From: a virus
IMG/VR virus record: IMGVR_UViG_3300045988_025679
Span: 1-30,607 of that record
Strand: one strand, 5' to 3'
DNA: 30,607 nucleotides
Shown: positions 20,604-29,659 of the stretch, in pieces
How the letters are laid out: each line of letters begins with the position of its first letter
Position numbering within the stretch: the first letter of the stretch is position 1
The notes under the pieces: generated by a model
Databases searched by the model: none
What the model saw: only the letters and a program-made list of their open reading frames with translations
Told to the model about the DNA's origin: nothing
Position numbers and translations under genes: made by a program

Positions 20604-22160
20604 TCAGTTCCTTTCTATACCAAAACTATAGCCTTTTTTTAGGAACTTTTCAATAGCAACATCTTTATCTTTGTACTTTTCAACTATATCTTTCATAGCA
20701 GATTTTGCTTCCACAAAATTAAAGTTATCGAGTTTGTTGATATACCAAGTTTTTCCTTGATTTGTAACAATTGTCATTGTTTTTATAGTAGGATATGTCA
20801 TAAAAACATTTATATCATTCATAGAAAAGTAAGACAGTCCAGGATGATTATGTACTAATTCCAATGTGCGTTCATCAGAAGAAACTAATAAATGGAATGT
20901 ATCTGAATCACCTAAAAAGTCTACACTATCCTCTGTCCCTTTTACAAAATTTGTCGGTGTCTTCTCGGTGTTAGTTATTTTTCTTAGTGCTAAGACTTCA
21001 TTACTATTATTGTACTTCTTTGAATAGGATAATAATTCTTGTCTTACAAGCATCGACTCATGGGCTTCATCCTCTGTATACCCTGTTGGTCTAACATTTT
21101 TTATTTTGTTTATAGCCTGGCTTGTAATATTTACTTTATTTCCTTTTTTGTGTTGCTCTATTTGAGTATTAAAATAAATACTTTTCCACTCATCAAACCT
21201 TAAACTATGTTCTCCATTTGCTAATCCATTTAGCCATTTCTCATATATTCCTCTATCTGAATAAGGTGCGAGCGCACAATGACAGTTTGGATGCATAGGT
21301 GGAGCGTTTTCTCCTATTTCCATGTCTTTAAGCTTGAATGTTTTACCATCCATTTCTTTACACAACGGACACACATCTTTTAAGCTGCAGGCTATATATT
21401 CATACTCATCTATTCCATTCGCTTCGTAAGATTCTGCCTGCGCTTGTGTTTGAACTCGTGCTATTTCTGTTCGCAACAATCTTTCTGCATTGCATCTTGA
21501 TACATCGAATTTCTTTCGTATCTGAGGGATAAACTCTCTAGGATTCTTGCCTTGAATCAACGCATTAGATAGAACACTGGATAAACTGTTTTTTAGTTGG
21601 TCTTGATTGACCCAAATTCGTTCTGAAAAGGTTGCGTTCTTAAAAGATGAATCTGCTACTGTTTTGGCCATCTTCGCATTATCAATCACTGTATCACCTA
21701 AGATAGAAGCATTGCGTTTGATCTCTTCTAAATAAGCTCCTTCAAGCTTTTGACCAGTATAAGACTTCAATTCGTCATGGCCTGCCACAAGTTCTAATCC
21801 GATGTTTGCTTTTAAAAGCTCCAATCGGTTGACTTTCATTGCAAGGTTATACAATCGCATCTGCTCATTTGCTTCATCTGAAAAGTTCTTTTCCTTTACA
21901 TACTTTTTAGCTTTTCTTTTATATGCCTCGATATCTATGCTTGAAACTCTTTTTTTAGCTTCTGCCATAGTAATGTTTTCTTTGTTTGAATACCGACTAA
22001 AAAAGGATTCGATTTCCTTTTCAACCGAATCCAGCATATTTGCATATATTTCTTGTATCTCATCCGCATATTGCTTTTCATCTTTTAAGCGTTGTTTTTT
22101 CCATTCAAGCTCACGATCTCTCCAGTATGTATTACTGCTCATCGTATTCTGAATCCTCAT
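20604..22160 (-). CDS. Minor head protein (SPP1 gp7 / Mu F family) with a C-terminal RadC/JAB-like extension
   Basis: 518 aa; the more likely start is ATG 22142 (MSSNTYW). The MuF core includes CPLCKEMDGKTF...APPMHPNCHCALAPY. About 190 extra C-terminal residues contain NEVLAL...GTEDSV...ELVHNHPGLSYFSMND, which resembles the RadC/JAB pattern E...GT..SV...HNHPSG...PS..D. Confidence 0.75.
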   Translation of the reverse strand: MRIQNTMSSNTYWRDRELEWKKQRLKDEKQYADEIQEIYANMLDSVEKEIESFFSRYSNKENITMAEAKKRVSSIDIEAYKRKAKKYVKEKNFSDEANEQMRLYNLAMKVNRLELLKANIGLELVAGHDELKSYTGQKLEGAYLEEIKRNASILGDTVIDNAKMAKTVADSSFKNATFSERIWVNQDQLKNSLSSVLSNALIQGKNPREFIPQIRKKFDVSRCNAERLLRTEIARVQTQAQAESYEANGIDEYEYIACSLKDVCPLCKEMDGKTFKLKDMEIGENAPPMHPNCHCALAPYSDRGIYEKWLNGLANGEHSLRFDEWKSIYFNTQIEQHKKGNKVNITSQAINKIKNVRPTGYTEDEAHESMLVRQELLSYSKKYNNSNEVLALRKITNTEKTPTNFVKGTEDSVDFLGDSDTFHLLVSSDERTLELVHNHPGLSYFSMNDINVFMTYPTIKTMTIVTNQGKTWYINKLDNFNFVEAKSAMKDIVEKYKDKDVAIEKFLKKGYSFGIERN

Positions 22161-23490
22161 TGTTTTGGAAGATTCGGTTTTCAGTTTCTACCATATCATT
22201 CTCATCTTCCTTTTTAATACGTTCCATTTCGGCATTCGTATCTTCAACGGCCGAGATAAATGACAATTGCGTTTCGTGAGACACGATTCCTGATAATTGT
22301 GCAGCAGTCTGAGCTTCTTCTAATAAGTTTGCAGGATAATTCTGTGTGAACTTGTATTCAACCTCAAGCCAGTCGTTTTCAGAACGATGTGTGATCGCAT
22401 TACTAAATAAGACTCGATATCTACGGTTCATTCCAGATGTGAACTTTCGCTCTTTCGCTTTTGCAAGGTTTGACATAGAAAGAAGCTTATATCTCAATGC
22501 AATACCTGATGACGTTCCAAAGTTCTCATCATTGATATTGGCCACCATCGAGTTTTGGAAGATTAAACGTTCTAATCTGTTGATCAGATTTTCCTGTGTT
22601 GCATCTGCATTTGGCTTTGACATGAAATCAACTACAATTCCATCACCACTTCCATCCATTGACTCAAAGTTAATTGTTCGATTATCACGAATGTGTACCA
22701 AATCTGACTCTTCTAATTTTGGACCTAAGATTTTTAAATAGGCATCTGCGAAATAATCAACATCATTTGCTTTTTCTGACATTGCTTTGTTATAGGCATT
22801 GATCAAACTGTATGTTGATTCAAAAATAGACATACGTTCTTCATTTTCAATAAATTCAGTGGCCGGAATATCGTTGAATCCATGCTCTACACCATCAAAC
22901 ACATGAAGACCGCCTTTATCGTTGAACTCATACTTATATGTTTTGTCGTAGATATATCCACGCATAACCTCGTCAACAATCTGATAAGTTACGAAATATC
23001 TAGGCTTCTGAACTGTTGATTCATCATAAACCATGAATCCTTCTCTTGGATCTAAATAGGTAATCCCTAGATTTCCATAATCATCATTGAAATACAATTC
23101 ATATCCTTTTCCAAAAACACTACAAATCTTAGATAGTTCTGCATTGTTGTCGTCCTGATCATTGTATTTATCTAGCAAGTTGATATAATCATCAATTTCT
23201 TTTTTCTTAGATGATACTTTGATTGGAACGCCAATAAAAAAACCGTTGAATGTGTCAACAATGTATTTTGCAAAGTTGACAACCACACGGTTATCGGGTT
23301 TATAGGCTTCTTTGTTGGCTTGATGCAAGATTGGATAATCTCCAATATAGGCATCATATAGCTTTTTATATCTGTCTGTGATTAACGACTTATGACTTGT
23401 AATCAATCTATTCAACACTTCAATATTAAGGATGTCTTTGTCGTCAGATAGCTTAAATATCGTATCTGGTTTAATAATGTATGCGTTCAT
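22132..23490 (-). CDS. Portal protein (SPP1 gp6-like)
   Basis: 452 aa, located after terL. It carries NRVVVNFAKYIVDTFNGFFIGVPIKV and has an acidic C-terminus. Confidence 0.85.
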   Translation of the reverse strand: MNAYIIKPDTIFKLSDDKDILNIEVLNRLITSHKSLITDRYKKLYDAYIGDYPILHQANKEAYKPDNRVVVNFAKYIVDTFNGFFIGVPIKVSSKKKEIDDYINLLDKYNDQDDNNAELSKICSVFGKGYELYFNDDYGNLGITYLDPREGFMVYDESTVQKPRYFVTYQIVDEVMRGYIYDKTYKYEFNDKGGLHVFDGVEHGFNDIPATEFIENEERMSIFESTYSLINAYNKAMSEKANDVDYFADAYLKILGPKLEESDLVHIRDNRTINFESMDGSGDGIVVDFMSKPNADATQENLINRLERLIFQNSMVANINDENFGTSSGIALRYKLLSMSNLAKAKERKFTSGMNRRYRVLFSNAITHRSENDWLEVEYKFTQNYPANLLEEAQTAAQLSGIVSHETQLSFISAVEDTNAEMERIKKEDENDMVETENRIFQNNEDSEYDEQ

Positions 23491-24746
23491 TAAATACCTC
23501 CTTTAAACGTCCTTACTTTGACTCGACCAAATGCATATTTTTCAACTGCATATCGCATTGCATCCATCAAGTGGTTGAAATCATCAATTGGACGATTTAT
23601 TTTGTTACCCAATCTGTCTTCATCCCATGTGTAGTTTCCTATTTCAGTTATGAAATTAACACATCTAGGATGAATGATAATTTCAAAATCTTGAATATAT
23701 TGAATCCCATGCATAATGGAATCATTTCCCTTTTGCGATTTCTCAACACGAAGTCCATACCCTCTTAGCTCATCAATCGACTTAGGCTCTGCACAGTCTG
23801 CCGTGTAAGACTTCTTTTGATAATGTGAGCTTTCGATCTCCTCATAAAGCCTTTTGTTGGAAAGGCCTTTTTTATACACCTCATCCCAAACATAAAGTTT
23901 TTTATGTTCTGTATCAATGAAACCTATAAAAACTGCAGCAGGGTCATTCGTATACCCAAAGTCAATACCATCTACAGAATCACAGTTAACGACTTGATCT
24001 AGTGTATATTCTTCCTCTTTCCAATTCTCATAAACCAATCCATCAACAATACCCCAATTTCCTAATCCGGCCACCTGATATCGTCTAGGATTGTTCTTCT
24101 TCATATTTTCAAACAACCTTAAATCGGCATCATCCAACCATTCATTACACTTATAATTGGTTGTAATAGCTAATATGTCAGGGTCATTCTCTGCATCAAA
24201 GAATCTTTTTTTAAGCCAATGGTGTTCGTTCCAAGGGTTGAATGTAATCATCCACTGTTTCCAAAGATGTGGTGGTAACTCACCACGAATTGACTCATCT
24301 AGGGTATCAAAGTCTTTTTCACTTGTTATCTCATAGGCTTCTTCAAGCCATGCCCAACACAAATATCCATACTCAACAGTAATAGATGTTACTTTTAATG
24401 GATCATCAAGTCCTCTAAAAAGAATCTTCTGTCCAGTTGGAAGATAAGTTGCTTCCAAAGGTGAATACTTGAATTCCCATAAGTTCTCAACTCCCAACCT
24501 TTTTGTGGCCCATTTTAAATCCGTAAAGCACGAATCTTTAAGCGTTCGATAAGTTTTACGAACAACAAGAGTATTCGACTGATCGTATTTCATCATGTTG
24601 TATATGATGCGCAATGCGGTTGTTTTCGATTTTTTAGAAGCACGTGAGCCTTTGCATGCAACATAACGTCCTCTAAAGTTCCAATAAGACTTATATCCTC
24701 TTCCAACTATTTCAGGTAACCTGATAGTCTTAGTCTTCAAGTTCAT
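23490..24746 (-). CDS. terL: Terminase large subunit (PBSX-type)
   Basis: 418 aa with a Walker-A-like CKGSRASKKSKT and a C-terminal nuclease region (..DGIDFGYTNDPAA..). It follows terS and overlaps it. Confidence 0.9.
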   Translation of the reverse strand: MNLKTKTIRLPEIVGRGYKSYWNFRGRYVACKGSRASKKSKTTALRIIYNMMKYDQSNTLVVRKTYRTLKDSCFTDLKWATKRLGVENLWEFKYSPLEATYLPTGQKILFRGLDDPLKVTSITVEYGYLCWAWLEEAYEITSEKDFDTLDESIRGELPPHLWKQWMITFNPWNEHHWLKKRFFDAENDPDILAITTNYKCNEWLDDADLRLFENMKKNNPRRYQVAGLGNWGIVDGLVYENWKEEEYTLDQVVNCDSVDGIDFGYTNDPAAVFIGFIDTEHKKLYVWDEVYKKGLSNKRLYEEIESSHYQKKSYTADCAEPKSIDELRGYGLRVEKSQKGNDSIMHGIQYIQDFEIIIHPRCVNFITEIGNYTWDEDRLGNKINRPIDDFNHLMDAMRYAVEKYAFGRVKVRTFKGGI

Positions 24747-25227
24747 CTTCTCCTTCGAACTTAGGAACTACGATTTCTGCTTGAACCTTATCTGTGAACA
24801 ATGCATATCTTTTTCCAAGCAATTCCGCAGCTTTATTTGCATCAGAAAGCTTTGCAGGAATCTCAACGATTTGGGGAACTTCTTCTTTAACCGTTTTCTT
24901 TCTTGGTTTTCCATCTCCTGTATCGACATACTCTGAATGCTCTTTTGTCACTGTAACGACAACAGATTCTTTCATTTCTCTTCGCATTACTTTGGTGAGG
25001 TATTCCATGACTTCTTGAACATCTGCCACATTGTTACTGTGCGCTTTCTCAAGACACTCATCCACATATTCTCTGATATGCGGTAAAGCTAATAACCTGG
25101 ATGCATGCTTTGATGCATTATCTCGGCTCTTGCAATTCTTATAAACTTCCAAATAAGCATCCACTGCGTTCATCGTTATCAAATATTTCTCACAAAAAAG
25201 CTTCTGCTTTTCAGTCAGCTTAGCCAT
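24730..25227 (-). CDS. terS: Terminase small subunit
   Basis: Start refined to ATG 25227 (AGGAGG 6 nt upstream): MAKLTEKQKLFCEKYLITMNAVDAYLEVY, typical of Terminase_2 small subunits. Confidence 0.85.
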   Translation of the reverse strand: MAKLTEKQKLFCEKYLITMNAVDAYLEVYKNCKSRDNASKHASRLLALPHIREYVDECLEKAHSNNVADVQEVMEYLTKVMRREMKESVVVTVTKEHSEYVDTGDGKPRKKTVKEEVPQIVEIPAKLSDANKAAELLGKRYALFTDKVQAEIVVPKFEGEDELED

Positions 25228-25247
25228 AGAATTCCTCCTTTCTTGCA

Positions 25248-25274
25248 TAAAAAAAGCCAAGACCTCTGTCTTGA
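25248..25274 (-). terminator. Weak terminator-like hairpin just upstream of terS
   Basis: Minus strand: CAAGAC-AGAG-GTCTTG followed by GCTTTTTTTA. The stem is short (6 bp), so this is tentative. Confidence 0.35.
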
Positions 25275-25334
25275 CATAATTTCTTATGATATTAGTTTAT
25301 CACGAAATTCTTGTCCACTAGGGGACAAAATGCA

Positions 25335-26153
25335 TTATTCGTAACTTTTTACCTCAATAACTGTATAACTGATTGGATCTCCATTCTTTAATCTTACTCG
25401 CATTTTCGCATTCAATTTTGATACAAGTGGAAAGCTAATCTCTTTTTCCTTTACTTTTTTCAAAAAATTCTCATCCTCAATATCTGCATTGATTGTTTTT
25501 CCAAGGAATTTAAACTGCCATTTACTGTTTCCTAATAAATCAGGCTTCCGAACTGTTAGTACTCCTGTAGCTTCTTGTTCGGTGATATCACCATTTAGTG
25601 ATTCAACATCGATAGGATTCCTAGTTCTCATTAAATCTTCTTTATCCATTTCAACGGTCTTTACTGTTTTATCATCAGTAACTGCAATAGAAAATCCTGT
25701 CCGCTCACCATCTTCTGAAATAGTTTTTGATAATTCTGATAAGCACTTTTCTATTGAGGAATCTCTTGTGTAAAGATTATATGTTCTGTTATCAATATAG
25801 GTTACATTACCAACACAAGACTTGACTATAGTATTATTCCCTTCATGAATTACTTCTGCAGGCATTTGTCCACCAAGATTTTTCTTCAGTTCAACAATAC
25901 TATTAAACGATTCTAGGATAGGTGGCATCAATGGAAATAATACAGTAGCCATATCAACAATCTGCTCTATCGTTATCATAAAGCTACCCTTTTCGATATT
26001 CTTTACTTTAAATTTGCAAAAATCATTTTCGGTTAATGACGAATCAGCAATTTTACCTAAAACCGCAACAACACAGTCTAGCGACTTAGATAATGTTTCT
26101 ATATCAATGTCATTTTCGCCTTTAAACCTTAATGTAAGTGTTTCTTTTTTCAT
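25335..26153 (-). CDS. Orphan 272-aa protein between the late activator and terS (function unknown)
   Basis: The ORF opens at 26204. ATG 26153 (MKKETLTLRF) has an AGAGGG RBS 6 nt upstream. No recognisable motif. It is bounded by non-coding gaps with hairpins on its downstream side. Confidence 0.65.
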   Translation of the reverse strand: MKKETLTLRFKGENDIDIETLSKSLDCVVAVLGKIADSSLTENDFCKFKVKNIEKGSFMITIEQIVDMATVLFPLMPPILESFNSIVELKKNLGGQMPAEVIHEGNNTIVKSCVGNVTYIDNRTYNLYTRDSSIEKCLSELSKTISEDGERTGFSIAVTDDKTVKTVEMDKEDLMRTRNPIDVESLNGDITEQEATGVLTVRKPDLLGNSKWQFKFLGKTINADIEDENFLKKVKEKEISFPLVSKLNAKMRVRLKNGDPISYTVIEVKSYE

Positions 26154-26234
26154 GACATACCCTCTTTTAATCAACATTATTGTACCACCTCTTCTTTTAA
26201 ACACTAATACCTATATGAACATTATCAACGTCAA

Positions 26235-26672
26235 TTAAACTAATTTACCAATTTCTCTGCGGATATGTTTGTACATTCCGTTCTTTGTGTAACCATATTT
26301 TTCTGCAACATCCCATGCATTCATATTCCAGAAGTATAGATCAAACAAAATATTCTGATCGCGCAAAGATAGAAGTTCTATCGCTTTACATTCATTTAAA
26401 CGTCTACGATAATAGCTAATTTCTGCCACCTTTTGAGATTCTTCCTCCATCATTCCTAAAGGACTTGTATAAGAACCATGAAAGGTCGGCATAGGAGCAT
26501 TGGATTTCTCCTGCTCCTTTGTCAACCTAATTGGATTATGACTAAGCCCTAACATTTTATGATTCAGAACCTCTAGTTCCTCATTTAGCTCAATGATTCG
26601 ATGGCAGCAATAGTTTGCCGACTTCAAATCATTCAACATTTGATTTACTTTTAATTTGTTCATTTTGTCCAC
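26235..26672 (-). CDS. Late-gene transcriptional activator, sigma-70 region-4 / ArpU-RinA-like
   Basis: About 142-145 aa. The C-terminal LSLRDQNILFDLYFWNMNAWDVAEKYGYTKNGMYKHIRREIGKL is a region-4-type helix-turn-helix. Its position upstream of the packaging genes matches RinA/ArpU-type activators. Confidence 0.6.
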   Translation of the reverse strand: MDKMNKLKVNQMLNDLKSANYCCHRIIELNEELEVLNHKMLGLSHNPIRLTKEQEKSNAPMPTFHGSYTSPLGMMEEESQKVAEISYYRRRLNECKAIELLSLRDQNILFDLYFWNMNAWDVAEKYGYTKNGMYKHIRREIGKLV

Positions 26673-26951
26673 CTACTTCTTCTTTGCGACAACTGACCCT
26701 CTGTGCCAGGACTCTTCCCCACTACGATATCTTCTTTCGCTTGCTCTTTCCTGATGTAGTTTGTATTCTTTCAACCCTAGATTCTCACGCTCTAGTTTAG
26801 CAATGTAATCAATGACGTGATCCAATTTATTGTCCAGGTCAAACGATTTGTCTTTCGTTGCATTTCGAACGAAACGAAAGTAATTCAACAATGAATCACA
26901 TTCATCTTTGATTTCTTTGTTGTGAATTTCATATTCAGTTAAGTTCATCAC
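26673..26951 (-). CDS. Hypothetical protein
   Basis: 92-aa ORF, translationally coupled (ATGA overlap) with its upstream neighbour. Confidence 0.6.
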   Translation of the reverse strand: MMNLTEYEIHNKEIKDECDSLLNYFRFVRNATKDKSFDLDNKLDHVIDYIAKLERENLGLKEYKLHQERASERRYRSGEESWHRGSVVAKKK

Positions 26952-27148
26952 TTAGTCTCCTCAAATCCATCGTACGAACTAGCATACATACATTTGTATG
27001 CTCGCAAGTCCTTTTTCTTTTGTTCCAGTTCATACATCAGCTGTTCGTTCTGGTGTTCCAGACTGTTGATCCTATCGGACACGATAACGGAATACAGCAT
27101 CATCGCGCCTACCCCTCCGACAAAGAACCCAATCATAAAGTAGATCAC
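26948..27148 (-). CDS. Small membrane protein with a coiled-coil tail
   Basis: 66 aa with an N-terminal transmembrane helix IYFMIGFFVGGVGAMMLYSVIV. It has a GTGA overlap with the upstream stop. Confidence 0.55.
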   Translation of the reverse strand: MIYFMIGFFVGGVGAMMLYSVIVSDRINSLEHQNEQLMYELEQKKKDLRAYKCMYASSYDGFEETK

Positions 27149-27375
27149 CCAACCACCTCACAGTTTCTTAAAATCTCATTGATTGACACATTATCCGGAA
27201 CATTTCTAAAAAGTCCATATTTCTTCACTTCCAATAAAGACACATATCTGTTTATTGGTTTATTTCCAAGATTTCCTTCGAAATTCAGCAATATACAATA
27301 TTCATTTTGTCTTAGTCTGTATAAAGGATCTTTACTTTCTCTTCTAGGCATCATAAACCCTGCCTGTCGTATCAT
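27145..27375 (-). CDS. Hypothetical protein, paralogous to the C-terminal domain of the upstream gene
   Basis: Start refined to ATG 27375 (ATGA overlap, GAGGT RBS). The protein ends ..YGLFRNVPDNVSINEILRNCEVVG, compared with ..KGYFKDVDTNISIREILGNCEVIK in the 27372-27791 product. Confidence 0.6.
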   Translation of the reverse strand: MIRQAGFMMPRRESKDPLYRLRQNEYCILLNFEGNLGNKPINRYVSLLEVKKYGLFRNVPDNVSINEILRNCEVVG

Positions 27376-27791
27376 TTGATTACCTCGCAATTGCCTAAGA
27401 TTTCACGAATTGAAATATTTGTATCAACGTCTTTAAAATATCCCTTTTCGCGCATTTTAAACAAATGTATTTGATTTGCAATGTTATTATACGTTTTATA
27501 ATCTTTATGCACGCTTAACAAATCATACTCAAATTGAGTTAGCTTATATTTTGGCTTTTCATATGGTTTATTTAACCATTCTTTAATCTTTTCACTGCAT
27601 CCATATCCTGTACTAAATCCACACTCGCTACAACTAACATCACTGCATTGACAAGGCTTTCCGTCGACTAGTGCAAAACAGTAGCCGGAATTTTCTATGA
27701 TTTCATCTTTAAAATGTTCATAATTTGTTTCCTGTTTTATTTCTTGTTTTTCTTCTTCAAACATCTCTTTAGCAGTTTTCATCTTCGCCAT
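27372..27791 (-). CDS. Hypothetical Cys-rich protein
   Basis: 139 aa with the cluster CQCSDVSCSECGFSTGYGC. Its C-terminal roughly 58 aa are duplicated as the next gene. Confidence 0.6.
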   Translation of the reverse strand: MAKMKTAKEMFEEEKQEIKQETNYEHFKDEIIENSGYCFALVDGKPCQCSDVSCSECGFSTGYGCSEKIKEWLNKPYEKPKYKLTQFEYDLLSVHKDYKTYNNIANQIHLFKMREKGYFKDVDTNISIREILGNCEVIK

Positions 27792-28077
27792 CTCCTTTCA
27801 ACTTCTGCCCACAAAAAAGACAACGAGGGTAATATTTGTTTCCATGATGCGTTGGAATAGACACAACTTCATGCTTGCAAGTTGGACAACATAACATCAA
27901 ATCACCACATGGGCCAAATTCAACATCTATTGGTTTCTTTGGTGTTTCTTTATCCGCAAGATCCCCCAACAATTGAAAATATACCTTGGCACGAGTAGTC
28001 TCTTCTATGTCTGCTGCTTCGCACGCAATTTGAAGTTCTTTTTCAAGAACTTGCAACAATTCTTGATATTTATTCAT
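27769..28077 (-). CDS. Zinc-ribbon protein
   Basis: Start refined to ATG 28077 (AAGGAG 7 nt upstream). CCPTCKHEV ... CLFCGQKL forms a CxxC...CxxC pair. Confidence 0.6.
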   Translation of the reverse strand: MNKYQELLQVLEKELQIACEAADIEETTRAKVYFQLLGDLADKETPKKPIDVEFGPCGDLMLCCPTCKHEVVSIPTHHGNKYYPRCLFCGQKLKGDGEDENC

Positions 28078-28498
28078 TCTCTTTCTCCTTATAAGGCTCA
28101 GGCATTGGCATCCAAGCAATAACTTTAAGATCATGTAGTACTCGTCTTCTCTCTATATGCCATTTGCCATCTAATGTGAATGATGTTGTAACAGATCTTG
28201 ATCCATCATCATATTCAATACATACAAGCACCTCTTCTGACCTTGCTCTCCATAAATTATTATCCCATCGATCTGTGCCATAGAGTTTAGCAAAGATACT
28301 CTCGTGTTCTTCTGGAAGTCTTTCAGTGACAGGAATCCATTCACCGACTTTTGGCTGCTTTTTAATACGGTCAATAAACATGAATAGACAATCATTCCAT
28401 CCATTGTTGTATCCACCTTTTTGATTCTGTAAACCCATATCCATCTTATCGTTCAATGCTTCTGGTCTAGATTGAAGCAATGCTTTTTCATCTATCAT
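28070..28498 (-). CDS. DUF551-like protein
   Basis: Start refined to ATG 28498 (AAGGAG 7 nt upstream). EWIPVTERLPEE ... VLVCIEYDDG ... DGKW ... VIAWMPMPEPY matches the DUF551 pattern. Confidence 0.6.
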   Translation of the reverse strand: MIDEKALLQSRPEALNDKMDMGLQNQKGGYNNGWNDCLFMFIDRIKKQPKVGEWIPVTERLPEEHESIFAKLYGTDRWDNNLWRARSEEVLVCIEYDDGSRSVTTSFTLDGKWHIERRRVLHDLKVIAWMPMPEPYKEKENE

Positions 28499-28844
28499 TT
28501 TCTTTCTCCTTTTCAAAATAAAACTTAACTTTCTTCTTATGCTCTTCGATCAATCCGTATTTCAACGCCAAGCGATATATAAATGGCTTTCTTAATCTTT
28601 CATACAATGATTCTAAATGCCTTCTAAATGAATCTATAGAAAACGTACTTTTATAAAAGTTGCACATCCTACACGTTGGCATAAGGTTGTCTAAATCGTT
28701 ACTACCATCCTTTCCGTATACAGATATTACATGATCTACTTGCATATCCTTGTAATCAATCTCACATCCACAATAAGCACAATGCCCATTATATTTTTGG
28801 TAGACTTGTTCTCTAATTTTATTTTGAATCGGTTTCCTTGTCAC
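28488..28844 (-). CDS. HNH endonuclease
   Basis: 118 aa. CAYCGCEI...MQVDHVISV...NDLDNLMPTCRMCNFYK is a classic HNH motif with flanking Cys pairs. Confidence 0.85.
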   Translation of the reverse strand: MTRKPIQNKIREQVYQKYNGHCAYCGCEIDYKDMQVDHVISVYGKDGSNDLDNLMPTCRMCNFYKSTFSIDSFRRHLESLYERLRKPFIYRLALKYGLIEEHKKKVKFYFEKEKENDR

Positions 28845-29140
28845 AATTTCACATCCTCATCCTGTGGCATTTTAAAAACATTAGTGTTTTCAATCGATAT
28901 AGACTGTTGTTCACTTATTCCCTTAGTTGTACTATAGAATCTTTCACTACCAATATATTTTTGAATTTCATCGAGTACTTCTAAAGCTTTTTCTTTGGTT
29001 GAATATTCGCCTAATTCCTGTTCGTATCTATCATAGTGCCCGTGAATTGAGTAATAAATGCACCCATCGATATCGCCTTTACAAATTCTAAACGAATTAA
29101 CGTTTGCTAATATATAATTGTTCTGACTCCTAATCCACAT
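28841..29140 (-). CDS. Hypothetical protein
   Basis: 99-aa ORF in the operon, with a GTGA overlap with the HNH start. Confidence 0.55.
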   Translation of the reverse strand: MWIRSQNNYILANVNSFRICKGDIDGCIYYSIHGHYDRYEQELGEYSTKEKALEVLDEIQKYIGSERFYSTTKGISEQQSISIENTNVFKMPQDEDVKL

Positions 29141-29143
29141 ACA

Positions 29144-29659
29144 CTAGTACCCGTTTTTTAACCTTTCCATGTTGATCGCATTCTTTCTCATATAAGCTGC
29201 ATAGACTTCTTCCAGGCAGAATCCTAAATGTTCGCTTAGTGCCAATAGATACATCAATCGACAATCTACAAGATTAACAATACGTGTCAATGTACTCGCT
29301 ATTCCATAGGCGATATCCATTTGTACCACAGGCATATAGTTGCGAGGATTTTCTACATTGTACTCGGAATCTGAAAAGTATTCTCTTTTTCCATAAAGTA
29401 ATTCGTAGATCAGGACGAAGTGAAAGATGTCTGCCAACTCTTCCAGGGCCTTATTTCTGTCGACTGGTTCCTGAGATTTCTTCCACCAGCACCAGTCACC
29501 TTTGAGTTCGTGAGTGAATTCACCAATCTCATCGAGTGTAGCTAAGTCGATTTGTTCCTTTGAAATCGTAGTCAAACCAAACTCTTTCATGATGGCCGAA
29601 TTCAGCTCATCTTGTTTCTTTAGCATTGTCTCAATCATGCGTAGTTCTGAGTCTTTCAT
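29144..29659 (-). CDS. Dimeric (all-alpha, MazG-like) dUTPase-family protein
   Basis: Start refined to ATG 29659 (AAGGAGG 7 nt upstream). LDEIGEFTHELKGDWCWWKK......ALEELADIFHFVL matches the dUTPase_2 family pattern. Confidence 0.65.
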   Translation of the reverse strand: MKDSELRMIETMLKKQDELNSAIMKEFGLTTISKEQIDLATLDEIGEFTHELKGDWCWWKKSQEPVDRNKALEELADIFHFVLIYELLYGKREYFSDSEYNVENPRNYMPVVQMDIAYGIASTLTRIVNLVDCRLMYLLALSEHLGFCLEEVYAAYMRKNAINMERLKNGY

